This document shows positions 17,793 to 27,566 of a stretch of 36,241 bases of DNA, piece by piece. The stretch lies in the sequence record SRR22947727_934; one strand, 5' to 3'. The position numbers and the translations under genes were made by a program. Under the pieces are notes generated by a model. That model was not told the DNA's origin. It worked only from the letters and a program-made list of their open reading frames with translations, and ran no database searches. Within the stretch, counting starts at the first letter, position 1, and every line of letters begins with the position of its first letter.

Positions 17793-18374
17793 TTACAAAC
17801 CTTTTAGCGTCTGCTTAATAATATCTTCTACTGAGAGGCTTGGGCTTGCTTTTAAAATTTTCTCTACCATCTTTTCAGATTGCTTTCTAGCAAAGCCAAG
17901 TACTTCCAATGCAGATAACGCTTCTTCTTTATTTGTATTGTCTAAAGGAGTAGAAAGTTCTTCTAAATCGTAAATTTTAAGGATTTTATCTTTGAGTTCA
18001 ATAATAACACGCTGGGCTGTTTTTAGTCCAATTCCTTTAACAGATTGTATGGTTCCTACATTACTTGCTGCTATGGCGTCTCTCAATTCCTCTGGTGACA
18101 ATGATGAAAGCATGGTTCTGGCTGTATTGGCCCCAATTCCTGAGACGGAGATAAGTAACCTAAAAATAGCCCGTTCAGAAACTTCCATAAAACCATAGAG
18201 GCTGTGGCTGTCTTCTTTAACCTGTAAATGGGTGTAAATAGACACCGCTTCCTCAGAAGGCAACAAGGAATAGGTATGTAGTGAAATATGAACCAAATAG
18301 CCTACACCACCACATTCCACCACAATTTCTGTGATATTTTTTTCAACTAATTTACCCCTGAGGTGTGTTATCAT
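17793..18374 (-). CDS. ruvA: Holliday junction branch migration protein RuvA
   Basis: MITHLRGKL, GVGY, VKEDSHSLYGF, HhH motifs VSGIG and VKGIGLKTAQR, and EALSALEVLGF. Confidence 0.96.
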   Translation of the reverse strand: MITHLRGKLVEKNITEIVVECGGVGYLVHISLHTYSLLPSEEAVSIYTHLQVKEDSHSLYGFMEVSERAIFRLLISVSGIGANTARTMLSSLSPEELRDAIAASNVGTIQSVKGIGLKTAQRVIIELKDKILKIYDLEELSTPLDNTNKEEALSALEVLGFARKQSEKMVEKILKASPSLSVEDIIKQTLKGL

Positions 18375-18377
18375 CTG

Positions 18378-20675
18378 TTACGATTTAGCCATTTTAGCAC
18401 GCTTTCTTTTTTCCCTTTCTTGGGCATCTATTACAGCTACCGCAGCCATATTGACAATTTCGTCTACACTAGCGCCCAATTGCAAAATATGGACAGATTT
18501 CCTTAACCCCATCATGATAGGCCCTATAGAGTCTGCACCATTGAGTTCTTTCATGAGTTTGTAAGTAATATTTGCAGATTCTAGGTTTGGAAAAATTAAG
18601 GTATTCACTTTTTTCCCTGCCAATTTAGAGAAAGGAAATTTCTCTTGGTGCAACACTTTGTTCAGCGCAAAATCCATTTGCACCTCCCCATCTGCTATTA
18701 AGTCTGGACTCTCCGTATGTAAAATACGTACTGCCTGCTTTACTTTATTTGCATTGGGGTGTGAAGAAGAACCAAAATTGGCGTAAGACAGTAAGGCTGT
18801 GACAGATTCAAAACCAAAAGTCTTGGCCACATTGGCCGTCATTTGAGCAATCTCCGCTATGGTTTCTGCAGAAGGATCTATATTAATGGAGGTATCTGAT
18901 AAGAACATTGGTCCTCGCTCCGTAATCATAATATTGGTCGTAGCTACACGTTTCACGTTATTGGCCCTACCAATGACCTCAAGGATTGGTTTTACAACGG
19001 TCGGATAAGCCCTTGAATACCCTGAAATCATTCCGTCTGCATCTCCCATTAGCACCATCATAGCGCTAAAATAATTGCGCTCACGCATTTTAATTTCTGC
19101 CTGATACTGGGTTACCCCTGTCCTTCTTCTCTGTTCCCAATAAGAGGTAGCATAAGCATTTCGCTGAGCACGGGTAGCATTATCAGTAGGATCTATGATG
19201 TCTAAATCTGCCTCAAATTCAATCTCTGCTTTTAATTCTTCTATAATGGCTTTGTTACCCAAAAGAATTGGAATAGCAATCCCTTCATCATAGACAATTT
19301 GAGCCGCTTTTAATACGTCTAAATGATCGGCTTCAGCAAAAACAATTTTCTTAGCGTTCATTTTAGCCCTTGTATGTAGGAGACGCACTATTTTGTTGTC
19401 ATTCCCAGAGCGTTGCATAAGGGCCTCTTTGTATTTATCCCAATCTTCAATGGGCTCTTTAGCCACACCACTCTCCATAGCTGCTCTAGCAATGGCAGGA
19501 GGAATTTCAGAAATAAGCCTTGGATCAAAAGGCTTTGGAATAATATATTCTCTACTAAAAGCCAATCTAGTTTCTCCATAAGCAATATTCACTTGCTCTG
19601 GAACAGGTTCTTTAGCCAAATCTGCCAAAGCTTTCACTGCAGCCATTTTCATAGCCTCATTAATTTTTGTAGCACGAACATCTAAAGCGCCTCTAAATAT
19701 AAATGGGAAACCCAATACATTATTCACTTGATTGGGATGGTCCGAACGACCAGTGGCCATAATAATATCTTTTCTGGTATCCATAGCCAATTTGTAATCA
19801 ATCTCAGGATCTGGATTGGCCATAGCAAAGACAATAGGGTTGTCTGCCATGGAAGTAAGCATAGACGGGGTCACAATGTCTGCCACAGATAGTCCCACAA
19901 AAACGTCTGCATTTTCCATAGCTTCATCCAAGGTGTCTATCTTTCTTGCTGTAGCAAACTCCTCTTTCTCTGAGGACAAATTAGGCCTGTCTTTTCTGAT
20001 CACGCCTTTACTGTCTAACATGACAATGTTTTCTGCTTTTGCACCAAAGGCTTTATATAGTTTTGTGCAAGATACTGCCGCAGCTCCAGCACCACTGATC
20101 ACAATACGCACCTTATCAATAGACTTCTCCGCCAAATCTAAAGCGTTTAGAAGTGCCGCTGCAGAGATTATAGCCGTCCCATGTTGGTCGTCATGCATGA
20201 CAGGAATATCTAATTCTTCCTTTAACCTTCTTTCAATTTCAAAGGCTTCAGGAGCTTTAATATCTTCTAAGTTAATACCACCAAAAGTAGGCGCAATGGT
20301 TTTAACTGTTTGAATAAAAGTCTCTATGTCCTTAGTGTCTAATTCTATATCTATACTGTCTATGTCTGCAAAAATCTTAAATAGCAAACACTTGCCTTCC
20401 ATCACTGGCTTGGACGCCATAGGACCTATATCTCCTAAACCAAGTACCGCTGTTCCGTTGGTAATAACAGCCACCAAATTACCTTTGGCAGTGTACTTAT
20501 AAACATTTTCAGGATCTTTCTCTATTTCTAGACAAGGTGCAGCTACTCCCGGAGAATAAGCCAAGGCCAAATCTCTTTGCGTAGCGTAAGGTTTAGTAGG
20601 AACAATCTTAATCTTTCCAGGCTGAGGTTTGGCATGATATACCAACGCTTCTCTCCTAATTTTTTGTTTGCTCAT
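18378..20675 (-). CDS. maeB: NADP-dependent malic enzyme with C-terminal phosphotransacetylase-like domain
   Basis: [48 protein letters not shown] and [13 protein letters not shown], plus a PTA-like domain ([20 protein letters not shown]). Confidence 0.96.
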   Translation of the reverse strand: MSKQKIRREALVYHAKPQPGKIKIVPTKPYATQRDLALAYSPGVAAPCLEIEKDPENVYKYTAKGNLVAVITNGTAVLGLGDIGPMASKPVMEGKCLLFKIFADIDSIDIELDTKDIETFIQTVKTIAPTFGGINLEDIKAPEAFEIERRLKEELDIPVMHDDQHGTAIISAAALLNALDLAEKSIDKVRIVISGAGAAAVSCTKLYKAFGAKAENIVMLDSKGVIRKDRPNLSSEKEEFATARKIDTLDEAMENADVFVGLSVADIVTPSMLTSMADNPIVFAMANPDPEIDYKLAMDTRKDIIMATGRSDHPNQVNNVLGFPFIFRGALDVRATKINEAMKMAAVKALADLAKEPVPEQVNIAYGETRLAFSREYIIPKPFDPRLISEIPPAIARAAMESGVAKEPIEDWDKYKEALMQRSGNDNKIVRLLHTRAKMNAKKIVFAEADHLDVLKAAQIVYDEGIAIPILLGNKAIIEELKAEIEFEADLDIIDPTDNATRAQRNAYATSYWEQRRRTGVTQYQAEIKMRERNYFSAMMVLMGDADGMISGYSRAYPTVVKPILEVIGRANNVKRVATTNIMITERGPMFLSDTSINIDPSAETIAEIAQMTANVAKTFGFESVTALLSYANFGSSSHPNANKVKQAVRILHTESPDLIADGEVQMDFALNKVLHQEKFPFSKLAGKKVNTLIFPNLESANITYKLMKELNGADSIGPIMMGLRKSVHILQLGASVDEIVNMAAVAVIDAQEREKRKRAKMAKS

Positions 20676-20693
20676 AGTGGCTTATTTATCCCA

Positions 20694-20701
20694 CAAAGGT
20701 A
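20694..20701 (-). promoter_or_regulatory. -7 element of the promoter for maeB-ruvA-sprA
   Basis: Minus strand TACCTTTG, 18 bp upstream of the maeB ATG. The -33 position has only TTA. Confidence 0.55.
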
Positions 20702-20726
20702 AGGGTATTATTTGTGAATCATAACT

Positions 20727-20766
20727 GAAAAAAGAGGCAACTTATAACAAATTGCACCCTTTTTTC
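20727..20766 (-). terminator. Imperfect Rho-independent terminator after the symporter gene
   Basis: Minus strand GAAAAAAGGGTGCAATTT-GTTAT-AAGTTGCCTCTTTTTTC, with G-U pairs and one bulge. Confidence 0.6.
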
Positions 20767-20786
20767 GTTTGTCTAAATCTCTAAAT

Positions 20787-22502
20787 TTACCAGAAAAAAC
20801 CAACAAGAATAGTGGTTGCAATCAGTAAAATAATAGAGAGTATTCTGTAATTTTTAAACCAAGGCAAAGCCTTCAGTTCAATAGTTTCAGCGGTATAAAT
20901 GGCTTTTTTGTAAGTATAGTCTGCCACTTTTTGGGCCTCTGGCAATCCGGTGGCTAAGCTCACCACAATATGAACAACAACAGCAATGACAAACAATAGA
21001 TTGGCTTTTGCCAGGAAATGAAATTCATTTAATGAGGGCACTAAATCAATTGAGGCAGAAACAATCATGAAAATAGCAAATGCACCTCCAGCCATAAGAC
21101 TGGCAAAAGCACCATGTGCGTTAGCACGTTTCCAGAATAAACCCAACACAAATGCAGCCACTACAGGTGGAGAAGTAAAGGCAATCACCAATTGCAAATA
21201 GCCCCATAAAGAATCACTTACTTTCTCAATAAAAGGCACCCAAGCAGAGGCTAAGACTACAAGAACTAGCGTAGCTATCTGACCCACTCTGACCAATTGT
21301 TTGGAGGTGAGTTCTGGTCTAAACTGCTTTACAAAGTCCATTGTAATTAAGGTAGAAGCTGAGTTGAACGTAGCAGAAACACTAGACATCATGGCTGCCA
21401 ATAAACCAGCTACAACCAATCCTAAAACACCTGTAGGTAATAATTTAAACAACAACACAGGATAGGTCAGGTTAGGACAATCAGATAAATTTGCGCAAAT
21501 ACCGTCGCCCACTGGGTAATTTAATGAAGAAATATCTAAGTCATTAAAAAGTAACAGCGCCAATACTCCAGGCACTATCATGATAAAAATAACTGGTAAT
21601 TTTAAAAGGCCCGCAAACAAGGCGCCCCATCTTCCGTGATTCAGGTTTTTTGCACCCAACACCCTTTGTACCATAAACTGGTTGTTGGCCCAGAAATAGA
21701 ATCCTAATAAAGGTACTCCTGTGAGTAGTCCCCACCAAGGCATAAAGTCGTCATTATTGGGACGTACTAAACTAAAGACCTCTCCACTATTGGCAGGAAT
21801 AAATTTACCTTCCGCCAAACGGTTTCCAAAATTAACCTCTCCCGCGGCAAGCATATTGTCTAACTGAGACATCATGGCGTCCCAACCCCCTCCGAGTTCT
21901 TCGAAAGCAAAGAAAGTCAATAAACAGGATCCTATAACCAACAAAACGGCTTGAATAACCTCCGTTTGAATTACAGAATTTAAGCCTCCAGGTATGGTAT
22001 ATGCTGCTGCTGCAACAGCAAGTATAATGATAATAATAGTCGAGCTCACTTCAGGAAATAACAACTTTAGTACTATGCTACCTACATATAATCCAGCAGC
22101 TGTGTCTACCATAACATTTCCAAGGATGGTAATAAAAGAAAAATAATACCTGGATTTTTTATCATACCTGCGCTCTAAAAATTCTGGCATGGTATACACC
22201 CCAGATCTAATGTAAAAAGGCAAAAAGAATATGGCAAAGAAAATGAGCACTACCACTGCATACCACTCATAGTTGTATACATTTATATTGGTCTGAAAGG
22301 CATCTGAAGCCAAACCTACCAAAGTAGAACTAGATATATTGGCAGAAAATAAAGCGATCCCTACAATAGGCCATGTCATGGTTCTACCCCCTAAAAAATA
22401 GTCTTCTGAACTACTTCGCTTAGATTTAGAGATTCCGTAAATTACAATTCCCAATAGATATACAAGTATCACTGCAATATCTAACGTAGCTAATTCATTC
22501 AT
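20787..22502 (-). CDS. Sodium:solute symporter, SLC5/SGLT-like sugar or polyol subfamily
   Basis: DYFLGGR, ANISS, YEW, TMPEFLERRY, WANNQFMVQR and GLLAAMMSS..FNS. Start moved to the ATG at 22502. Confidence 0.92.
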   Translation of the reverse strand: MNELATLDIAVILVYLLGIVIYGISKSKRSSSEDYFLGGRTMTWPIVGIALFSANISSSTLVGLASDAFQTNINVYNYEWYAVVVLIFFAIFFLPFYIRSGVYTMPEFLERRYDKKSRYYFSFITILGNVMVDTAAGLYVGSIVLKLLFPEVSSTIIIIILAVAAAAYTIPGGLNSVIQTEVIQAVLLVIGSCLLTFFAFEELGGGWDAMMSQLDNMLAAGEVNFGNRLAEGKFIPANSGEVFSLVRPNNDDFMPWWGLLTGVPLLGFYFWANNQFMVQRVLGAKNLNHGRWGALFAGLLKLPVIFIMIVPGVLALLLFNDLDISSLNYPVGDGICANLSDCPNLTYPVLLFKLLPTGVLGLVVAGLLAAMMSSVSATFNSASTLITMDFVKQFRPELTSKQLVRVGQIATLVLVVLASAWVPFIEKVSDSLWGYLQLVIAFTSPPVVAAFVLGLFWKRANAHGAFASLMAGGAFAIFMIVSASIDLVPSLNEFHFLAKANLLFVIAVVVHIVVSLATGLPEAQKVADYTYKKAIYTAETIELKALPWFKNYRILSIILLIATTILVGFFW

Positions 22503-22568
22503 AAAATTTATCGCTTTTAAAAACACATAGCTGGTAAGCTTTTTTGTGTGTATTGTTTAGGTTAATTC

Positions 22569-22576
22569 CAAATATA
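22569..22576 (-). promoter_or_regulatory. -7 element upstream of the symporter
   Basis: Minus strand TATATTTG. No clear -33 TTG at the expected spacing. Confidence 0.4.
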
Positions 22577-22639
22577 TTAAGAAAATGTTAATCACTTGAA
22601 ATAAAATCTTGCTTTAAGAAAAAAATCAACCCAACGAAT

Positions 22640-23581
22640 TTAAAATTTTTGGTTCTGCAAAAAGTCAATATTGCGTTTAAAGCCCTCATATTTTGTCCTT
22701 TTAACGGCAGATTTTTTAAAAATCTGCGAAAACACCTCTTGGGTAATTTCTTCCCAATCTTTCTTGGTGTTTTCAAGTAGTCTAGGGTCTGGATTAAATA
22801 AAGGCTCGCTGTGGGACTTTGAAAAACGGTTCCATGGGCAAACATCCTGGCAAATATCACAGCCAAATGCCCAATCTTGAAACTGACCAGAAACCTCTTT
22901 TGGAATAGCCTCTTTTAATTCAATGGTGAAATAAGAAATACACTTAGAACCGTCTACCTCATAAGGGGTTATGGCCTGAGTAGGACAGGCGTCTATACAA
23001 GCAGTACAAGTGCCACAGTGATCAGATGTAATAGGATCCTGAGGTAAATCTATATCTAAAACGAGTTCTGCTATAAAATAGAATGACCCCACCTGCTGGG
23101 TCAATAAATTACTGTTTTTACCAATCCAGCCTAGTCCGCTTTTAGCGGCCCAAGCTTTTTCTAAAATCGGAGCGGAATCTACAAATGCCCTACCCTCTAT
23201 TTGGCCCAGCTGGGCCGACACCCTTTCCAGTAAAGTTTTTAGCTTATTTTTTATGACCTCATGATAATCCTGACCATAGGCATATTTTGCTATCTGATAT
23301 GAGTCGGAGGACTGTTTTTGCTCCGGAAAATAGTTATACAAGAGACTCACCACTGACTTAGCGCCTGGAACCAATTTGGTGGGATCCAATCGCTTGTCAA
23401 AATGGTTTTCCATATAACCCATTTTTCCTTGCTTGGCCTCTTTGAGCCACTTTTCTAAACGAGGGGCTTCTTCTTCCAACAAACCCGCTTTGGAGATCCC
23501 ACAAGAAATAAACCCAAGAAGCGCTGCCTCTCGCTTAAAAAGCTGCGCTCTATCTTGCTGTACATGATCTGAAGTGGTCAT
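22640..23581 (-). CDS. queG: Epoxyqueuosine reductase
   Basis: [26 protein letters not shown], and Fe-S motifs [16 protein letters not shown] and [12 protein letters not shown]. Confidence 0.96.
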   Translation of the reverse strand: MTTSDHVQQDRAQLFKREAALLGFISCGISKAGLLEEEAPRLEKWLKEAKQGKMGYMENHFDKRLDPTKLVPGAKSVVSLLYNYFPEQKQSSDSYQIAKYAYGQDYHEVIKNKLKTLLERVSAQLGQIEGRAFVDSAPILEKAWAAKSGLGWIGKNSNLLTQQVGSFYFIAELVLDIDLPQDPITSDHCGTCTACIDACPTQAITPYEVDGSKCISYFTIELKEAIPKEVSGQFQDWAFGCDICQDVCPWNRFSKSHSEPLFNPDPRLLENTKKDWEEITQEVFSQIFKKSAVKRTKYEGFKRNIDFLQNQKF

Positions 23582-23640
23582 TTAATTGGAACGTTTAAGA
23601 TCTATTTAAAAAAGCTGCAGCAAAACGGATACGACTAGCC

Positions 23641-24663
23641 CTAAAACAAGCCTCCTTGCTCTTGAGATTTAGTTCTTCCCAAATGGGTATATGCAGCAGC
23701 AGTCACTTCTCTTCCCCTAGGGGTGCGCATAATAAAACCTTGCTGTATGAGAAAAGGTTCATAGACCTCCTCAATGGTTTCCGCACTTTCAGAAACCGCA
23801 GTTGCTAAAGTGGTAATACCAACAGGACCACCCTTGAATTTATCTATCAGGGTAGTGAGTATTTTATTGTCCATCTCATCTAGTCCATGGGCGTCTACAT
23901 GAAGTGCGCCAAGGCCAAATTGGGCAATTTCGAGATCAATTTTTCCATTTCCCTTAATCTGAGCAAAATCCCTTACCCTTCTGAGTAAAGCATTACAAAT
24001 CCTTGGCGTTCCCCTACTCCTACCTGCTATTTCAATAGCAGCCTCGTCTGTTATGGGTACCTTAAGTATCTCTGCAGAGCGGGTAACAATAGTGGAGAGT
24101 AATTCCGTAGAATAATATTGAAGACGGCTTTGAATACCAAAACGAGCGCGCATGGGTGCGGTGAGCAAACCCGAGCGCGTGGTGGCACCAATGAGTGTAA
24201 ATGGATTTAAATGTATTTGAACAGACCGGGCATTTGGTCCGCTTTCTATCATGATGTCTATCTTATAATCTTCCATAGCGGAATACAGATATTCTTCCAC
24301 AACAGGACTCAAACGGTGTATCTCATCTATAAAAAGCACATCGCGCTCTTCTAAATTTGTCAAAAGTCCAGCCAAATCACCGGGCTTGTCTAATACAGGT
24401 CCAGAAGTAATCTTAATCCCCACCCCTAATTCGTTGGCAAGTATATGAGCTAGTGTTGTTTTTCCAAGTCCCGGAGGGCCGTGAAAAAGGGTGTGATCTA
24501 AAGCTTCTTCTCTTAAATTTGCTGCTTTGACAAAAATACTTAGGTTTTCCAGCACCTGCTCTTGTCCCGTAAAGTCATTGAAACTAAGTGGTCTTAAGGC
24601 CTTTTCAATGTCTAGGGATTCTGGCGTTAAATGATCAGATGTAGGATCTAAGTGTTCGTTCAT
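23641..24663 (-). CDS. ruvB: Holliday junction branch migration helicase RuvB
   Basis: LRP, Walker [34 protein letters not shown] and RTPRGR. Confidence 0.97.
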   Translation of the reverse strand: MNEHLDPTSDHLTPESLDIEKALRPLSFNDFTGQEQVLENLSIFVKAANLREEALDHTLFHGPPGLGKTTLAHILANELGVGIKITSGPVLDKPGDLAGLLTNLEERDVLFIDEIHRLSPVVEEYLYSAMEDYKIDIMIESGPNARSVQIHLNPFTLIGATTRSGLLTAPMRARFGIQSRLQYYSTELLSTIVTRSAEILKVPITDEAAIEIAGRSRGTPRICNALLRRVRDFAQIKGNGKIDLEIAQFGLGALHVDAHGLDEMDNKILTTLIDKFKGGPVGITTLATAVSESAETIEEVYEPFLIQQGFIMRTPRGREVTAAAYTHLGRTKSQEQGGLF

Positions 24664-24700
24664 AAGGGTAAAGATAAGATTTAAAAACAGGAGGAAATTC

Positions 24701-25549
24701 CTATTTTAAAAGCTTTTTTCTCAATACGGATGTTCCTGAAAATTCTAATAAATCTATTCTTGGCGTACCATAAAGGTCTAACTGACTTTCCTGTTTAGAA
24801 AAATAAGTGAGCTGAGACATCACATGAAGGTCAATTTTAGACTTCCCCGAAGCGTGCACGCTGGCCTCACTAATCAAAAGATCTATACCTTCTAATTGAG
24901 ACGACCCTTCAAAAGAAGCGGTTAAAAAAGCCAAAGTACCACCCCACTTTAAAGAGGCCTTATCTTGCATGTTTAATAATGCTGTCTCACTCACGTCTCC
25001 ATAAATAGTTGCCGTGGCGCGATCTGTCATTGCTAAAGACAAAGAAGTAAAAGACCCATTGATATTTACGAAAGATTTTTCATCTACAGATACACTCAGA
25101 CTTGGAACAGTACCAGCAACTGCCACTGTTGCGTTTCCAGAAAGGGAAAGCTGTGTTTTTTTAAAACGCGGGTCCAAAGTAAGTCCTAACTCGCCTGAAG
25201 AAATAGCAACACGGTCCAAAGTTGGTGTAAACAAAGTAATGTCTAACTGCTTACTCGCCGTGATTTGATAATAGGTATTAATGTATAACACACTATCTGT
25301 GACTTGAAATTTAAACACAGGAGGCAGGTTGTCGTCTGCAATCATAGACACTCCACTAGTGTCAGACGCTACTATATTAAGTTTTAGATCATTGTCCAAT
25401 ACAATGGCACTAAATGCCTCTAAAGGGGCTTTATAAGGCGCTACAATTCTATTGCCTTTAATCTTGGGCACCTTCTGTGCCTGTAAACGAGTGCCACTTA
25501 GCGCAAATATTAGGATAAAGGGCAAATAAAATTTAGCGGTATAGTTCAT
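24701..25549 (-). CDS. Exported GIN-domain (DUF2807-like) beta-helix protein
   Basis: Start at ATG 25549, because the longer ORF runs through a terminator. Signal peptide ends LQA|Q, followed by KIKGN, ADDNL and repeated short beta-rungs ([34 protein letters not shown]) and LYGTP. Confidence 0.72.
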   Translation of the reverse strand: MNYTAKFYLPFILIFALSGTRLQAQKVPKIKGNRIVAPYKAPLEAFSAIVLDNDLKLNIVASDTSGVSMIADDNLPPVFKFQVTDSVLYINTYYQITASKQLDITLFTPTLDRVAISSGELGLTLDPRFKKTQLSLSGNATVAVAGTVPSLSVSVDEKSFVNINGSFTSLSLAMTDRATATIYGDVSETALLNMQDKASLKWGGTLAFLTASFEGSSQLEGIDLLISEASVHASGKSKIDLHVMSQLTYFSKQESQLDLYGTPRIDLLEFSGTSVLRKKLLK

Positions 25550-25634
25550 AAAAGGGACAAATATTAGTGCTGTTAAAAGTATTAAATTATGAAAAATGAT
25601 TGATATAAGAGACACCCCAATGGGGAATCCTTTG

Positions 25635-25669
25635 AAAAAATAAAGTCCTAACACAGGTTAGGACTTTAT
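25635..25669 (-). terminator. Rho-independent terminator ending the act-cox operon
   Basis: Perfect 13-bp stem ATAAAGTCCTAAC-CTGT-GTTAGGACTTTAT followed by a T tract. Confidence 0.88.
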
Positions 25670-25705
25670 AATAGGTTTAATATTTAATCAGAAGACTTTT
25701 GCTGT

Positions 25706-27526
25706 CTAATGATGCAATTGTTCTTCATCAGGACCCATAGGTACTGTTTGAGGCACAAAATCTTGTTCAGGTATCACATAATTACCCTCTTTATCCGTTT
25801 TAGAATAATCATAAGGCCAGCGATGTACTTCAGGAATAGCACCAGGCCAGTTACCATGAATATGGGCTACAGGAGTAGTCCATTCTAAGGTATTGGACTT
25901 CCATGGGTTTTGTACCGCTTTCTTACCGTAGAAAATACTACTGATGAAGTTGTACACAAATACCAATTGCGCCCCAGCAGAAATAATGGCAAATACCGTA
26001 ATAAGCACTTGAACATTAGTCAATTCGTCAAACATTGGAAAAGCAGTGTTCTCATAATACCTTCTAGGCACTCCTGCCATACCTACAAAATGCATGGGGA
26101 AGAAAACCCCGTAAGCACCCACTGCAGTAACCCAAAAGTGTACATACCCCAAATTCTTGTTCATCATTCTACCAAACATCTTAGGGAACCAGTGGTACAC
26201 CCCAGCAAACAATCCATAAAGTGCAGAAATACCCATTACAAGGTGGAAATGCGCAACCACAAAATAGGTGTCATGAACATTAATATCTAGCGTAGAATCT
26301 CCTAAAATAATTCCTGTTAAACCACCTGTGATAAAAGTAGACACCAATCCAATAGAAAATAACATCGCTGGATTTAACTGTAGGTTACCTTTCCATAAAG
26401 TGGTGATATAGTTAAATGCCTTTACCGCAGAAGGAATAGCGATTAACAAGGTAGTAAATGTAAATACAGATCCTAAAAATGGGTTCATTCCAGAAATAAA
26501 CATATGGTGGCCCCAAACAATTGTAGACAAAAATGCAATGGCTATAATGGAGGTAACCATCGCTCTGTATCCAAAAATTGGCTTACGTGCATTGGTAGAC
26601 ATTACTTCAGAAGTGATCCCTAATGCAGGCAACAATACAATATACACCTCAGGGTGGCCTAAGAACCAGAAAAGGTGCTCATAAAGTACCGGTGAACCCC
26701 CTTGGTAATGCAGTACTTCTCCTTGAATAAAAATATCTGACAAGAAAAATGACGTACCAAAACTTCTGTCCATAATCAGTAGCAAGGCGGCAGAAAACAA
26801 TACGGGAAATGAAATAACACCAATAATAGCTGTTACAAAAAACGCCCATATAGTTAAAGGCAAACGCGTCATAGACATGCCTTTGGTTCTGAGGTTTATT
26901 ACCGTAACAATATAGTTAAGAGAACCTAAAAGCGAAGAAGCTATAAAGATAGCCATAGACACCAACCACAAAGTCATTCCCATTCCAGAACCAGGCTGCG
27001 CCATAGGAAGTGCACTTAAAGGTGGGTAAACCGTCCAACCTGCCGCAGCTGGTCCAGCCTCAACAAATAGAGAAAAAACCATAATAATTGAAGAGGTAAA
27101 AAACAACCAGTAAGACACCATATTCAAAAATCCTGAAGCCATATCTCTGGCCCCAATTTGCAATGGAATAAGTAAATTAGAAAATGTACCACTTAGACCT
27201 GCAGTCAATACAAAGAAAACCATGATGGTTCCGTGTATGGTCACTAATGCCAAATAGATATCTGCATCCATGACACCGTCTGGTGCCCATTTTCCTAATA
27301 AAGCTTCAAAAATTGGGAAGCTTTGACCAGGCCAAGCAATTTGCATTCTGAATAAAAGAGACATGGCAATTCCTATGAATCCCATAATAAGCCCTGTAAT
27401 TAGGTACTGCTTAGCGATCATCTTATGATCCTGGCTAAAGATATACTTGGTTACAAAGGTTTCTTTATGATGATGCCCATGATCTTCGTGATGATCCTCT
27501 GAATGTGCGTGTGCGTTTGCAGACAT
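25706..27526 (-). CDS. ctaD: Cytochrome c oxidase subunit I, type A1
   Basis: TIHGTIM (heme a His), GARDMA (D-channel Asp), FWFLGHPEVY (A1 motif), WGHHM (CuB), PSAVK (K-channel), HDTYFVVAHFH and PRRY. Confidence 0.97.
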   Translation of the reverse strand: MSANAHAHSEDHHEDHGHHHKETFVTKYIFSQDHKMIAKQYLITGLIMGFIGIAMSLLFRMQIAWPGQSFPIFEALLGKWAPDGVMDADIYLALVTIHGTIMVFFVLTAGLSGTFSNLLIPLQIGARDMASGFLNMVSYWLFFTSSIIMVFSLFVEAGPAAAGWTVYPPLSALPMAQPGSGMGMTLWLVSMAIFIASSLLGSLNYIVTVINLRTKGMSMTRLPLTIWAFFVTAIIGVISFPVLFSAALLLIMDRSFGTSFFLSDIFIQGEVLHYQGGSPVLYEHLFWFLGHPEVYIVLLPALGITSEVMSTNARKPIFGYRAMVTSIIAIAFLSTIVWGHHMFISGMNPFLGSVFTFTTLLIAIPSAVKAFNYITTLWKGNLQLNPAMLFSIGLVSTFITGGLTGIILGDSTLDINVHDTYFVVAHFHLVMGISALYGLFAGVYHWFPKMFGRMMNKNLGYVHFWVTAVGAYGVFFPMHFVGMAGVPRRYYENTAFPMFDELTNVQVLITVFAIISAGAQLVFVYNFISSIFYGKKAVQNPWKSNTLEWTTPVAHIHGNWPGAIPEVHRWPYDYSKTDKEGNYVIPEQDFVPQTVPMGPDEEQLHH

Positions 27527-27566
27527 ATCTGTAATTTTATTTTTATTAAGCTATTTTTTTATTACT

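Noticed and set aside
25615..25625. Small hairpin CCCCA-A-TGGGG in the gap after the ctaD terminator, considered as an sRNA or repeat element
   Set aside because: It is too short, I saw no second copy, and there is no supporting promoter or terminator.
25550..25654. Hydrophobic 35-aa extension of the GIN-domain ORF
   Set aside because: It begins inside the ctaD terminator hairpin. ATG 25549 gives a normal signal peptide.
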